Source of the DNA: Pseudobdellovibrionaceae bacterium
GTDB taxonomy: Bacteria > Bdellovibrionota > Bdellovibrionia > Bdellovibrionales > UBA1609
Reading direction: 5' to 3'
DNA length: 64,000 nt
NCBI GenBank assembly: GCA_020635075.1
Contig: JACKAM010000001.1
Location: 963,402-1,027,401, forward strand
Below the pieces are notes generated by a model. It had not been told where the DNA came from. It saw only the letters and a list, made by a program, of their open reading frames with translations, and did not search any database. The position numbers and the translations under genes were made by a program. Below are positions 8,391 through 17,833 of the stretch, in pieces (the stretch's first letter is position 1; every line of letters starts with the position of its first letter).

Positions 8391-9354
8391 AACGAACTTC
8401 TGGCAATCTTTTGCTAATCCAAATGTCGTCTAAGCAAACACAATTATCTTTATCGCAAATGACAGGTTGGCGAGGGAAAATCACCTCCTCGTGAAGATTG
8501 CCAATCGAGCCACCCACACGACAGGTGGCTCGATAGATGGAACCATCGACATCGATACTGAAACTCTCAATACCCGCGAAACACTTCCAGCCCTTCCATC
8601 GGTTTTGGCGCAGAAGGCTTGCCGTAGAACGATTGAAGGCTTTGATGTGGCCATCGGCACTTCGTTGCACAATGTGCTTGCTGAGATCCAAAGGGATTGG
8701 GTGAATGGGGGTTCTCGGGTGGCGGCTGCCATGTTTGAGAAGCCAATTCTTTTGTTCTAGAGTGTAGGGATAATTCTCCGCGCCCATTGCCAATCGTACG
8801 GCCTTGGCTTTGACTGAACATTCAGGAGCTAACTCCTGAATTGTGTCCATGAGCCGCCGACTCTGCTCAAAAAATTCGGGCAATGCAAGGATCGAGACAT
8901 GAACCGGGATACTGGGGCCCGCGACCTGGAGAAGTTCAATGAAACGATCCTGGTTGGCAAACTCCCAATGGTAACTGAGAACGAGAAAATTAATGGAGTC
9001 CAAATTTTCTTTCCACCAATTGAGATGTCGTGAACCATTGGAATCGAGTTCCAGTATCAAGCGTTCTTGTTCGCGGCAGAATGTCAAAAAAGGGCCAATG
9101 TCCTTCCATAGAGTGGGTTCGCCACCTGAAAATACCAGATAAAGGCGCTTCTCAGGATTCGAGTCCAGCAGGTGTTGAAGAAAGCCAATCACCTTGTTGA
9201 TCTCTGGAAAGGACGTCTTGCCGTCGTGAAAACGCGGGTGGCAGTAGCTGCACTTTTGGTTGCACACTCCTGATGCTGTCCAAAGGACATAAATCAGGTC
9301 CTGCGCGGGTGGGACCTTTTCCAATGCCACATATGGGTGTTTGACTGGAGTCAT
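8371..9354 (-). CDS. radical SAM protein with a Cys-rich SPASM/twitch-like C-terminus
   Basis: CNQKCSYC (CxxxCxxC), the GGEPTL SAM-binding motif, and C-terminal CFAG...DGSIYRATC...CDKDNCVC. Confidence 0.85.
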   Translation of the reverse strand: MTPVKHPYVALEKVPPAQDLIYVLWTASGVCNQKCSYCHPRFHDGKTSFPEINKVIGFLQHLLDSNPEKRLYLVFSGGEPTLWKDIGPFLTFCREQERLILELDSNGSRHLNWWKENLDSINFLVLSYHWEFANQDRFIELLQVAGPSIPVHVSILALPEFFEQSRRLMDTIQELAPECSVKAKAVRLAMGAENYPYTLEQKNWLLKHGSRHPRTPIHPIPLDLSKHIVQRSADGHIKAFNRSTASLLRQNRWKGWKCFAGIESFSIDVDGSIYRATCRVGGSIGNLHEEVIFPRQPVICDKDNCVCLDDIWISKRLPEVRSSGEQE

Positions 9355-9421
9355 GGAGTGATCCTAGTCATTTCGCTATCTGTCTGTCTAGCAATTGTTG
9401 ATATCGCAATTTATGGGAAAG

Positions 9422-11224
9422 TTAGTCAAATGGGGAATCCTCATCGGTTGAGGACTCGCCCTCTTCGCCTGCGGGCTCAGTTATTGTGTCGGCATCGGCG
9501 GGGATCACGTCGGTTGTGGGTTCTTCCTCCGTCGCCTCTTCCGGGGGAGATGTGGTTTTCTTTTTTACTGGCGCGGGAGGAGTTGTGACGGACGGGGGAG
9601 AGGGAGCGGTAACTGTCGTACCCACGGGCCTTACTTTGGAGGTGGAGCCGACGGGCCGCAATCCTGGTTTGGTCGCAGGCGGTGAGACGGGTTTACTCTC
9701 AGCCTTAGATTCCGTCACCGGTGTTGGTGGGGGCGTTGGACTGGTTTGAGCCGGAGCTGGGTGATTGGTTGGGGGAGATTTCGAGTCCTCTGCGGCAGAT
9801 TGTTTCTTCATGACAGGACGGGGTTGAGGTTTCGCTAGCACCGGCTTTGGTTTTGGCTCAGGCGGTGGACTGGCCTTTCTTGCCACTGGTCTGGGTTTCT
9901 CAGCGGGAGCTGTGGTTTTCTGCTCGCGAGGAGGTGGTGGTGGAGCCGGAGCCGCCTTGGTCTCAGGCGGTTTGGGTTTGTTCTCTTTGATTGCAAGGGG
10001 TGAGGGGGCTCTTGATACGGGTTTTGAAGGCGGGAGAGCTTCCTTTACGACTTGGATGATTGGCTTCTCGGAGGACTTGGGCGCCTTTGGATCGACGGGT
10101 GTCTCAGTCGGTGGAGGTGGAGCTTCATCTCGCTTTTCCCTGGGATCAGGAAATACCTCAGGTAGAGCTTTACTCAAGGTCCGAAACCAAATGGGAGTCA
10201 AGGAAGCCGTGTCAGACTGGAGTTGTACCCGATTTAGGGCAATCTGCCGCAGATACTCGGGGTGTTGCATGGGGTGGATGTGCTGAGCCTTGGTCGGTTT
10301 GATGGCCGTGGCATGGGAGTTAAAGGCGACAAAATGTTGAATGGTTGAATCCTCTAGCAAGTAGTTGAGAAAGTCATGGGCCTCATTGAGGTGAGAGGTA
10401 GTTTTTGAGATACCGACCAGGCTGATCCACAAGTTGGTTTTGTCCTCGGGAAGCCAGTAAGTGGGGGGTGTTTCCCCTTGATTCATAATCACTTCGGAAG
10501 CGGGCCCATTGGCAACCTGAATCACATCGGCTTTGCCCTGTTTCCACATTTCGCCAGGCAAATCATTGGAAATGGACACTTGATCTAGGAGATCTTTGGT
10601 GGCCATGGCCAGCTGTTCCCACTTTTCCTGTTCCAGCCACTCGGGAAGGAGGGTGCCCGTTTTTTCAAGAAAACTAAAAATCTCGACCTGTTGAGGAAGT
10701 AGGGAAATACGTCCCTTTAGCTTTTTGTCGATCATCAGAGATTTCATGTCACCCGGAGGCAAGCCCACCTTGGGATTCCAAAGAAAGCCGTTGAGTCCCC
10801 AATTTAAAGGGAGAAGGAAACGAAAATCAGGATCATAGGCAAGGCGGATGAAATCAACGGAGACCTTACTGATTTTAGGGATTCGTGATTTGTCTAAATC
10901 AGCAAAAATTTGCGAGCCGACGGGGTCTTGAGCCATGTAGGAGAAAAGCTGTATCAGGTCGTAGTTGGCCGGCCGCTCGGAAATTTCCTCCCAGAGGGCT
11001 TGATCCGTCTCCATGGGGATGCCTACGACCTGAATGCCGGTTTTCTCCTCGAATCCAGTTAAGACCTGAGGGGGCAGGTAACCTCGACGATAAAGGAGCT
11101 TGATCTCTGTGCCGGCCCGGTTGCGAAAGAGGAAGCGCTTTTCAATACTGCGCAGTCCCCACCAGGTTCCCATCAAAAAAGAAAAGGGAATGACCAGCAC
11201 TAGTAACTTTAGAAACCGGTTCAT
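9422..11224 (-). CDS. membrane-anchored PotD-like solute-binding domain fused to a ~245-aa Pro/Ala/Lys/Thr-rich tail
   Basis: N-terminal TM (LKLLVLVIPFSFLMGTWWGL), then about 340 aa with periplasmic-binding-protein character, then low complexity (PPPTETPVDPKAPKSSEKP...) ending in an acidic tail. Confidence 0.7.
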   Translation of the reverse strand: MNRFLKLLVLVIPFSFLMGTWWGLRSIEKRFLFRNRAGTEIKLLYRRGYLPPQVLTGFEEKTGIQVVGIPMETDQALWEEISERPANYDLIQLFSYMAQDPVGSQIFADLDKSRIPKISKVSVDFIRLAYDPDFRFLLPLNWGLNGFLWNPKVGLPPGDMKSLMIDKKLKGRISLLPQQVEIFSFLEKTGTLLPEWLEQEKWEQLAMATKDLLDQVSISNDLPGEMWKQGKADVIQVANGPASEVIMNQGETPPTYWLPEDKTNLWISLVGISKTTSHLNEAHDFLNYLLEDSTIQHFVAFNSHATAIKPTKAQHIHPMQHPEYLRQIALNRVQLQSDTASLTPIWFRTLSKALPEVFPDPREKRDEAPPPPTETPVDPKAPKSSEKPIIQVVKEALPPSKPVSRAPSPLAIKENKPKPPETKAAPAPPPPPREQKTTAPAEKPRPVARKASPPPEPKPKPVLAKPQPRPVMKKQSAAEDSKSPPTNHPAPAQTSPTPPPTPVTESKAESKPVSPPATKPGLRPVGSTSKVRPVGTTVTAPSPPSVTTPPAPVKKKTTSPPEEATEEEPTTDVIPADADTITEPAGEEGESSTDEDSPFD

Positions 11225-11259
11225 TCCCTTATGTTAAACTGACGCGTTAGGTAGACCAA

Positions 11260-12348
11260 TTAGATTTCAATATTAACAGGATCGAAGTCGACCAAGATCT
11301 GAGCCCCGGCCTGAGGGATGTAATCCCCGTAGAACAAAATGCTATTAGCCTCAGCATTATAGACCCAACCACCAGACAGGGGTCCAGGATTTTCCTCGAC
11401 CCGCGGCACGAATTGTCCGTTGACTTTAACTGTAATGCTCTCAGGAATTGGCTCTCGCTTGAGGAAGAACTGAGTCGAGAGAGTCAGAATATTCTCTGAG
11501 ATGGTTTCAAGTTCGGTAGCGAAGTCACCGCAGAGACTTCCGACCACGCCGCCAGCGGCTTCAGCCATGGCCTGGTTACGCTTGCCGTAGATGCGGCCAC
11601 CACCCGAAAGCGCTGAGAGGCAATCAGAATCGCCATCGCGAATAACAATGGAGTTGACACTAAACCGCTTGGTCGCCCCGCTCGAGTTCGTGAGGGTCTC
11701 CAAGTACTCCATATATTTGGCAATGGTATGTCCCTTTGCTGAATCGTAATAGGAGTGACCAGGATTGGTGTAAGCGTCGTATTGGTTCTTAATGTAGGCG
11801 CTACCATCGTGAGAAAAGTCGTCTTCGTCACTGACAAGGATGACGGCAAAAAAACTGTCCGCCCTCAAGAAGCCGGCATTCCCGGGGTTGTTAAGTGCCC
11901 AGGGGATGCTGTGAAGCGTCCGCTCATCACCGTAGCCGCTGGTCCCAACCATGATATTGCCAATAAAGACGTTGGCAATGTCTGGGGTTTGCGGCGTGAT
12001 GACGGGAACTCCTCCGGCGCTCTTAAACAGAGAAACATTGGAGTTACCAGTAAAGGCTTCACGATAGGCATCGGAGCCAATGACAGCGATCCGGTAATCG
12101 AAACTTCGCGAGGCGAAATCGCCAATAAAGCTTTCGAAGTTATCAGCAATATTTTGTTGCGAAGTGTGCATCGACCCTGAATTGTCGATGACCCACAGCA
12201 AGTCAATCTTGGCCGACACCGCGCCAGTGTTCTGAAAGAACACTTCCGTGTCTGGCAAAATTGAAAAACTGGGTGAATTCTTATCACACCCAACCGTCAA
12301 CAAAAGAACGGCGAAACTAACGCCCAATAAAGCGCCTGTTCTTTTCAT
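11260..12348 (-). CDS. von Willebrand factor A domain lipoprotein
   Basis: Lipobox LLTVGC and MIDAS motif VIDNSGSM. The start is set at the internal MKRTGALLG; the track ORF extends to 12396. Confidence 0.8.
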   Translation of the reverse strand: MKRTGALLGVSFAVLLLTVGCDKNSPSFSILPDTEVFFQNTGAVSAKIDLLWVIDNSGSMHTSQQNIADNFESFIGDFASRSFDYRIAVIGSDAYREAFTGNSNVSLFKSAGGVPVITPQTPDIANVFIGNIMVGTSGYGDERTLHSIPWALNNPGNAGFLRADSFFAVILVSDEDDFSHDGSAYIKNQYDAYTNPGHSYYDSAKGHTIAKYMEYLETLTNSSGATKRFSVNSIVIRDGDSDCLSALSGGGRIYGKRNQAMAEAAGGVVGSLCGDFATELETISENILTLSTQFFLKREPIPESITVKVNGQFVPRVEENPGPLSGGWVYNAEANSILFYGDYIPQAGAQILVDFDPVNIEI

Positions 12349-12765
12349 GGCAAAAAGCCCCCTGTTCGGACCAATGGTCCGTTGATACACGTCCAACCTT
12401 TTGTAGGAACTTTAGAGAAATAGGAGCTTACATGCAGGTGTTACTGATCTTATCGACGAAAGTCCTGGTTTTTAAAGAGGGTGAAGCCATAGGTGTGTCC
12501 TGGGCCTAACTGAGCGGGACTCCACGACTTCTCGTAGCGTGACTTAAAATGAGAAACATAATGCCTTGAAATCAAAGATGAATTTAAATTGTGAAAATTG
12601 TCTTTTTCGTTCATTTTGTTGAGTCGATTGACAGAAAATGAGATTTGGCCGAAAAAAATTCGACCTATTTTGTCGAACAAAATGTCACTTTTGCGATGAT
12701 CGGTGGTTGGGAATTTACATAGATGTGCCTGTTGCCCTGCGGGTTTGAAATGATAGGATTCGGTT

Positions 12766-13863
12766 ATGACCAAGCAGAAAAAAATTCGTGTCGGAGTTCT
12801 TTTTGGCGGCAAATCAGCGGAACATGAAATTTCGCTGTTGAGTGCCCGCAATATTATTGAGGCCATGGATCGGGAGAAGTTTGATGTCGTCCTAATTGGC
12901 GTGGACAAGAAGGGCTGTTGGCATCTCAATGAGTCCTCTCAATTGTTGCTGGAGTCTCAGAATCCAAAATTGATTAAATTAAATGCCGCAGGAATGCCGA
13001 TCTCTGTAGCCCCGGGGACTTCGGACCGCGCCTTGGTGGCCTCAACAGGGACTCTTGAAGGGGTGGATGTGGTGTTCCCAATTCTTCATGGGCCGATGGG
13101 TGAGGATGGGACTGTCCAGGGCTTGTTAAAGCTGGCTGGGATTCCATTTGTTGGCTCAGATGTTTTAGGCTCGGCGGTAGGCATGGATAAGGATGTGATG
13201 AAGCGCCTTCTGCGCGATAGCGGCTTGCCAGTCTTACCCTGGGTCACATTGAATCGCCGCCAAGGGCACAAGTGGGACGCAAAAAAAATATTGGGCGAGC
13301 TGGGACCAACAGTGTTCGTCAAGCCGGCCAACATGGGAAGCTCGGTGGGCGTCAATCGGGCAACAAGTGAATCAGAACTGGATGCGGCCATCGCTGAGGC
13401 CTTTCAGTTTGATCACAAAGTGTTAGTAGAAAAGGGCGAGAAGGTCCGCGAGATTGAAGTGGCTGTTCTGGATGGCGATCCTCCCCAGGCATCGGTTGCT
13501 GGCGAAATCGTACCTAAGGGGGATTTTTACTCCTATGAAGCCAAATACGTGGACGAGAACGGCGCCGACTTGGTCATTCCCGCCCGCCTTGAGGATGATC
13601 AAAGTTCCCAAGTCAGGGACCTTGCCCTTAAAACCTTTGCCACTTTGGATTGTTTTGGCTTGGGGCGGGTGGATTTCTTTTTGACCGCCGACGGAAAGTT
13701 CTGGGTGAACGAGATAAACACCATGCCGGGTTTTACCCGAATCAGTATGTACCCCTCCTTGTGGAAAGCTTCAGGAATCTCCTACCCGGATTTGATCGAA
13801 AAGCTTATTCACCTGGCCATTGAAAGAGGAAAGCGGGATCAGTCCCTAAAATCCGATTATTAG
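12766..13863 (+). CDS. ddl: D-alanine--D-alanine ligase
   Basis: IRVGVLFGGKSAEHEISLLSA N-terminus, an ATP-grasp core, C-terminal NEINTMPGFT, and 365 aa (DdlA-type length). Confidence 0.95.
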   Translation: MTKQKKIRVGVLFGGKSAEHEISLLSARNIIEAMDREKFDVVLIGVDKKGCWHLNESSQLLLESQNPKLIKLNAAGMPISVAPGTSDRALVASTGTLEGVDVVFPILHGPMGEDGTVQGLLKLAGIPFVGSDVLGSAVGMDKDVMKRLLRDSGLPVLPWVTLNRRQGHKWDAKKILGELGPTVFVKPANMGSSVGVNRATSESELDAAIAEAFQFDHKVLVEKGEKVREIEVAVLDGDPPQASVAGEIVPKGDFYSYEAKYVDENGADLVIPARLEDDQSSQVRDLALKTFATLDCFGLGRVDFFLTADGKFWVNEINTMPGFTRISMYPSLWKASGISYPDLIEKLIHLAIERGKRDQSLKSDY

Positions 13864-13864
13864 A

Positions 13865-14635
13865 CTAAACCAGGAGTCCCTCTTCGGCGATAAAGTCTGC
13901 CAAGGCCAAACAGGCGTTGATCTTGTCGCCATCAAAAAAGTTCTTGGTGAAGGCCTCGCCATCAAATAGGCCAATCTCCAGTCCTTGCCAGATAAGGGGC
14001 AGACAGAGCTCGCTTTTGACAGCCGGATCACATTCATAATAGGGGGCACCATCGGCCACAGCTTCCTTCACATCCTGAATCAAGAGAGGTTGTTGATTCA
14101 GGAAGGCTCGGGAGTTGTTGCTCTGCCGGGCAAACTCCTGAGTCAAAGGGAAGGCCGCTCGACTTGGGGCTCCGATGTAACACAGCTTAATCAGATTGGG
14201 TTGATCGAGTTCGTTTCCATAATTATCGTCAATAAAACTCGGCTGGCTCAGGCCCTCACACTTTTGGTAGAGTCCGAGCCAATCGAGATGGACTTTTTCA
14301 TTGAGCCAATGCAGAGCCGTATAAAGGCGACTTAGGCGAAGAAGGTTTTTGTCGTGAAGCTCGAAGGCCCACTTGAGTTCAAAAGGGTTTTGAACCATGC
14401 CAAATCCACAGGTGTTGTCCTCTGAAATGCGCGGAACCCGATATTGATGTGGGGGCTGGAGAAGCTCTGCTCCGAGTCGTTGCGAAAGGTTAAGGCGTAA
14501 CTCGCTGATTTGAAAATGATGGCGGGCCTCATCGAATTCCAGTCCCAACAGGTCAAACAGTTTTTTTGCTTCAAGACTCATCCTTGCTCCTGGTCCCTTT
14601 TTAGAGCATCCTGGAATAGAAATCAAGGAGGCCAC
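13865..14635 (-). CDS. GAF-like domain protein (C-terminal YebR-type GAF)
   Basis: ECDPAVKSELCLPL...IGLFDGEAF resembles the ACDxxSxSEIVVPL motif of free-Met-sulfoxide-reductase-type GAF domains. The start is uncertain (alternative at 14581). Confidence 0.55.
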   Translation of the reverse strand: MASLISIPGCSKKGPGARMSLEAKKLFDLLGLEFDEARHHFQISELRLNLSQRLGAELLQPPHQYRVPRISEDNTCGFGMVQNPFELKWAFELHDKNLLRLSRLYTALHWLNEKVHLDWLGLYQKCEGLSQPSFIDDNYGNELDQPNLIKLCYIGAPSRAAFPLTQEFARQSNNSRAFLNQQPLLIQDVKEAVADGAPYYECDPAVKSELCLPLIWQGLEIGLFDGEAFTKNFFDGDKINACLALADFIAEEGLLV

Positions 14636-14637
14636 CT

Positions 14638-15225
14638 GTGTTGAGTCGAAGCTTTGAAGGTCTGTTCACGTTGCTGGTGATTGGCGGTTTGTCCGCCTGC
14701 GTGGGGCCAGGTGTTTCAAACAAAAAATCTGATATGATGGAGTCCGAATTGAAGGTTTACATGCAGCGCGGACAACAGGAGGCTTTGGAACTTAAAACAA
14801 AATTGGTGGGTGAGCTTTCCAAAGGCTTAAAGGAGGGCGGTCCGGTGAAGGCCATTGCCGTCTGCAAAGATAGGGCTGAAGAAGTGACAGCCCAGGCGGC
14901 AAAAAAGGGAGTTCGCATGGGGCGCACGAGTTGGAAATTGCGCAATGTAAACAATAAAGGGGAGCCATGGATGGAGGATTTATTGAAAGAATGGCAAACC
15001 ACACGCTTAAACACTCCGGCCGCAGCCCGAGTGGTGGTGCTCGCCAATGGCCGCATCGGCTATGCAGAGCCTCTTTATACCATGCCCCTTTGTGTGAATT
15101 GCCACGGGCAAAACCTAAAGCCCGAGGTGGCACAGCAGATCAAGAAACTCTATCCAGATGATCAGGCCACTGGCTTTCATGCCGGAGACCTGCGTGGGCT
15201 TCTCTGGGTCGAGTTTAGCCGTTAA
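14638..15225 (+). CDS. c-type haem protein, DUF3365-like
   Basis: Signal peptide plus lipobox-like LSAC and a single CVNCHG (CxxCH) haem-binding motif. GTG start. Confidence 0.7.
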   Translation: MLSRSFEGLFTLLVIGGLSACVGPGVSNKKSDMMESELKVYMQRGQQEALELKTKLVGELSKGLKEGGPVKAIAVCKDRAEEVTAQAAKKGVRMGRTSWKLRNVNNKGEPWMEDLLKEWQTTRLNTPAAARVVVLANGRIGYAEPLYTMPLCVNCHGQNLKPEVAQQIKKLYPDDQATGFHAGDLRGLLWVEFSR

Positions 15226-15229
15226 AGCC

Positions 15230-15342
15230 GGCCCCTTGTTTATTGATCCACAAAATCCTTTGTCAGTGACAACAGGCCCTTTGCCGACCATTCTCCCGGA
15301 CAAAGGCGGCACATGGTTTTGTGGATCAATAGTCAAGGGGCC
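15230..15342. repeat. 113-nt imperfect inverted repeat (long hairpin)
   Basis: The left arm is ggccccttgtttattgatccacaaaatcctttgtc. The right arm is gacaaaggcggcacatggttttgtggatcaatagtcaaggggcc. Paired blocks are 9, 14-15 and 7-8 bp. It starts 5 nt after the 15225 stop. Confidence 0.65.
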
Positions 15343-15575
15343 CCCGACGAAGGCGACTGCCCTTCGATCGAAATTAATACTGGTTCCTGAATTGACGAGC
15401 CAGACTCCGGAGGATCAATATGCTTAAAACCGAGTTCGGCTTGGCGCTGCGCTCTGAGAGAGAGCGCTGCTGCCGGACGCTGTGTCTGAGGTTTTAAGCG
15501 TGTTGATCGTAGGAGTCTGGCGGCCAAGTAAGAAACGCATTAATGAGATCAACTTTTGAGAGGGTGGGGGTGTGC

Positions 15576-16778
15576 TTAACTGGCGAGGGGGGTGCTCATT
15601 TGGGTGCGGACGGGGAAGGTCAGGATAAATTGGGTGTTGGGACATTCGCTATTAATGCTGAGGGTCCCCCCATGTTGTTCCATGATCCCTTTGGAGATGC
15701 TGAGTCCTAAGCCAGTACCCTTGCCGCGGGGCTTGGTGGTGACAAAGGGCTCAAGAATCCTATCGGCTAAATCCTTGGGAATCCCGGATCCGCTGTCAGT
15801 GAAGGTGATGACAATCTGGTTCTGGTCGCATACAGCGTGTATGCGGATCCACTTTTCATCTAGGTCCTGCAAGGCATCGATAGAGTTTCCAATTAGGTTG
15901 AGAAAAATCTGGCCAATTTGTGATTCACGACAGGCAATTTTGAGATGTTCAGGGATGGCGCTGTCATCAAACTGGATTTCGGCGGATCTTAATTTGCTCT
16001 CGTAGATTTCCCTCACCTCATTTATGATCTGCTTGACTGAGGTTTCAACAAATGGATCGTTTTCGCTGTTCCTGGAAAGAGACTTAAGGGAATCGACGAT
16101 GGCATTTACCCTCATGGTCATCTTGCGCATTTTTTCGATATTGACGAGGATATCCTCAGGGGGAAGTTCTTTCTTGGAGTTAACACGAAACTCAAGTAGA
16201 TCCAGTAGGCCAATGATGGCTGCCAAGGGATTTTTGATTTCGTGGCCAATGCCGGCTGAAACCTGTCCTAAAACAGAGAGTTTTTCTTGAGCGACAAGGG
16301 CCTGTTGTTGATCAACAATGAGTTTCTCGGCCATTTTTTGTTCGGTGATATCGATGCCGATAATAGTGGCGGCGGTGCCGCCACTGTATTTCTTCGCCAC
16401 GCTCAAAATTGTGCGTGGGTCCTGCTCCGTATTCACCAAGAACTCGTAGTTGAGCTGGTCTGAAGGGCTGTGAAAAAGGCGTTTGACGAATTCCAGGTAG
16501 TCCTGGTTTCCGCCGCGGAATCCAATTCTTTTGCCGACAATCTGCTCGGGTTCAAGGCCTAACAATTTGGCAAGATTCTCGTTCACGGCGATGTAGGTGA
16601 GGTTTTCATCCACCCAGGAAATGGTACAGGGGACCGCCTCAATCAAGGTTTTAAAACGATCTTTCTCATTTCGTAGCTGGTGGCGCAAATGAGAACAATA
16701 CCCCAAGGTCAGGGCCAATGCGCCGACCACAAGAGCAAGCACTACAGTGAGAAAATTTAATTCAAAAGAACCAATCAT
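15576..16778 (-). CDS. PAS-domain sensor histidine kinase
   Basis: One N-terminal TM, a PAS domain, H-box GHEIKNPL, N-box NLIGNSIDAL, G1 DSGSGI and G2 GTGLGLS. Confidence 0.9.
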   Translation of the reverse strand: MIGSFELNFLTVVLALVVGALALTLGYCSHLRHQLRNEKDRFKTLIEAVPCTISWVDENLTYIAVNENLAKLLGLEPEQIVGKRIGFRGGNQDYLEFVKRLFHSPSDQLNYEFLVNTEQDPRTILSVAKKYSGGTAATIIGIDITEQKMAEKLIVDQQQALVAQEKLSVLGQVSAGIGHEIKNPLAAIIGLLDLLEFRVNSKKELPPEDILVNIEKMRKMTMRVNAIVDSLKSLSRNSENDPFVETSVKQIINEVREIYESKLRSAEIQFDDSAIPEHLKIACRESQIGQIFLNLIGNSIDALQDLDEKWIRIHAVCDQNQIVITFTDSGSGIPKDLADRILEPFVTTKPRGKGTGLGLSISKGIMEQHGGTLSINSECPNTQFILTFPVRTQMSTPLAS

Positions 16779-16787
16779 GCCGACTAT

Positions 16788-16815
16788 TTATCGGCAAATG
16801 AATGGAATTGGTTTC
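16788..16815 (-). promoter_or_regulatory. sigma28-type promoter candidate
   Basis: The minus strand reads GAAA-N16-GCCGATAA with a perfect -10 box. That box ends only 9 nt before the kinase ATG and is also part of a small palindrome, so this is ambiguous. Confidence 0.3.
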
Positions 16816-16852
16816 TATATTATGGGCAAACTAGACCTACCCCGACTCGACT

Positions 16853-17833
16853 TCAAGGGAGTGGTCTAGGGAGGCGGGTGCCATAGGGCTCTTTGTCCGC
16901 CCTAAACTTGCCCATTGGTCCCAAATGGTCCGCCATCCGCGTGAGTTCCAGTGTCCCGTCGCGCAAAAAGCCACTGGCCGAAAAATAGCCAGCCCCTGGA
17001 ACAGTGCCAACGTTGGGGTTGGGCAGGCCTTCCATCCACACCTCTCCGGTTTCAGCATAGAAGGTGACGTCGGCCCAGCGGTCGGAACTGATTTGCATAT
17101 CCATCATGTGGACTCGGGCCTTAAGCTTTACTGAACCACCGAAGGGATCGTCCACCAGGTAGATGCGAATGCGCAGGCGAGTTTTGGTCACCCCTGCAGG
17201 CTCCACCACCGTGCCTACGTAGTCGCCTAAAAGGGGAGAATAAAACTGACTCAGTCGATGGCGCAAATCAGTTAAGTCCCGCTCACTCGGGGCAATCACT
17301 TGCCGAGTCACGCGAATGGCCTCGATTTCACCCACAATTCCAGAGCGTATTCGGTATTGGGCATTGGTCATCTGGCCATTGAATATAAAGCCACTCACTG
17401 CCGCACGTAGACTGTTTGAGGCACCGCCGTTGTTTCCGCCCGAAAAATCCTGACCGGCATAGACCATTTCAAAAAAACCGGTCTTTTCATTGAAGGAGGC
17501 CTGGAAAAACTTATCGTCAGTGGCCAAAATCGCATCTTTGCGTCGGTACTGGCCAATCAGTTCGGGCCGCGAGGCCAGGCGGCCGTCCTCGTTGCGTCCG
17601 CCAAAATTGGACATGGAAAAAAGGCGGATCTCAACGTCATAGCGATCCACTTCTTCGCCCTTCTCGTTTTTTTTGGTCAGACTTCCTTCGTAAACCCCTT
17701 CAACCTGATCATAGACACCAAGAATCTCCTGGCGATTTTCATCCGGGACATCCTTGTCGGGTGTCAATCCTACATTGCATCCAAACAGAGACAACAGGCA
17801 CAAAAGTGCACTTACTCTACAGAGTGAGATCAT
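16853..17833 (-). CDS. lipoprotein of unknown function, last gene of the RND operon
   Basis: Internal start MISLCRVSALLCLLSLFGC (lipobox). It overlaps the RND gene end by 17 nt. I recognised no family. Confidence 0.6.
   Translation of the reverse strand: MISLCRVSALLCLLSLFGCNVGLTPDKDVPDENRQEILGVYDQVEGVYEGSLTKKNEKGEEVDRYDVEIRLFSMSNFGGRNEDGRLASRPELIGQYRRKDAILATDDKFFQASFNEKTGFFEMVYAGQDFSGGNNGGASNSLRAAVSGFIFNGQMTNAQYRIRSGIVGEIEAIRVTRQVIAPSERDLTDLRHRLSQFYSPLLGDYVGTVVEPAGVTKTRLRIRIYLVDDPFGGSVKLKARVHMMDMQISSDRWADVTFYAETGEVWMEGLPNPNVGTVPGAGYFSASGFLRDGTLELTRMADHLGPMGKFRADKEPYGTRLPRPLP

Noticed and set aside
9486-10302. Gly/Ser/Val-rich + strand ORFs (87, 124 and 80 aa)
   Set aside because: They are antisense to the CCN-rich proline tail of the 9422..11224 gene and are mirror artefacts.
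12450-12929. 159-aa minus-strand ORF spanning the VWA-ddl intergenic region and the ddl 5' end
   Set aside because: It overlaps the well-supported ddl start, is rich in Ser/Phe/Arg and has no motif. The region is better read as a divergent promoter.
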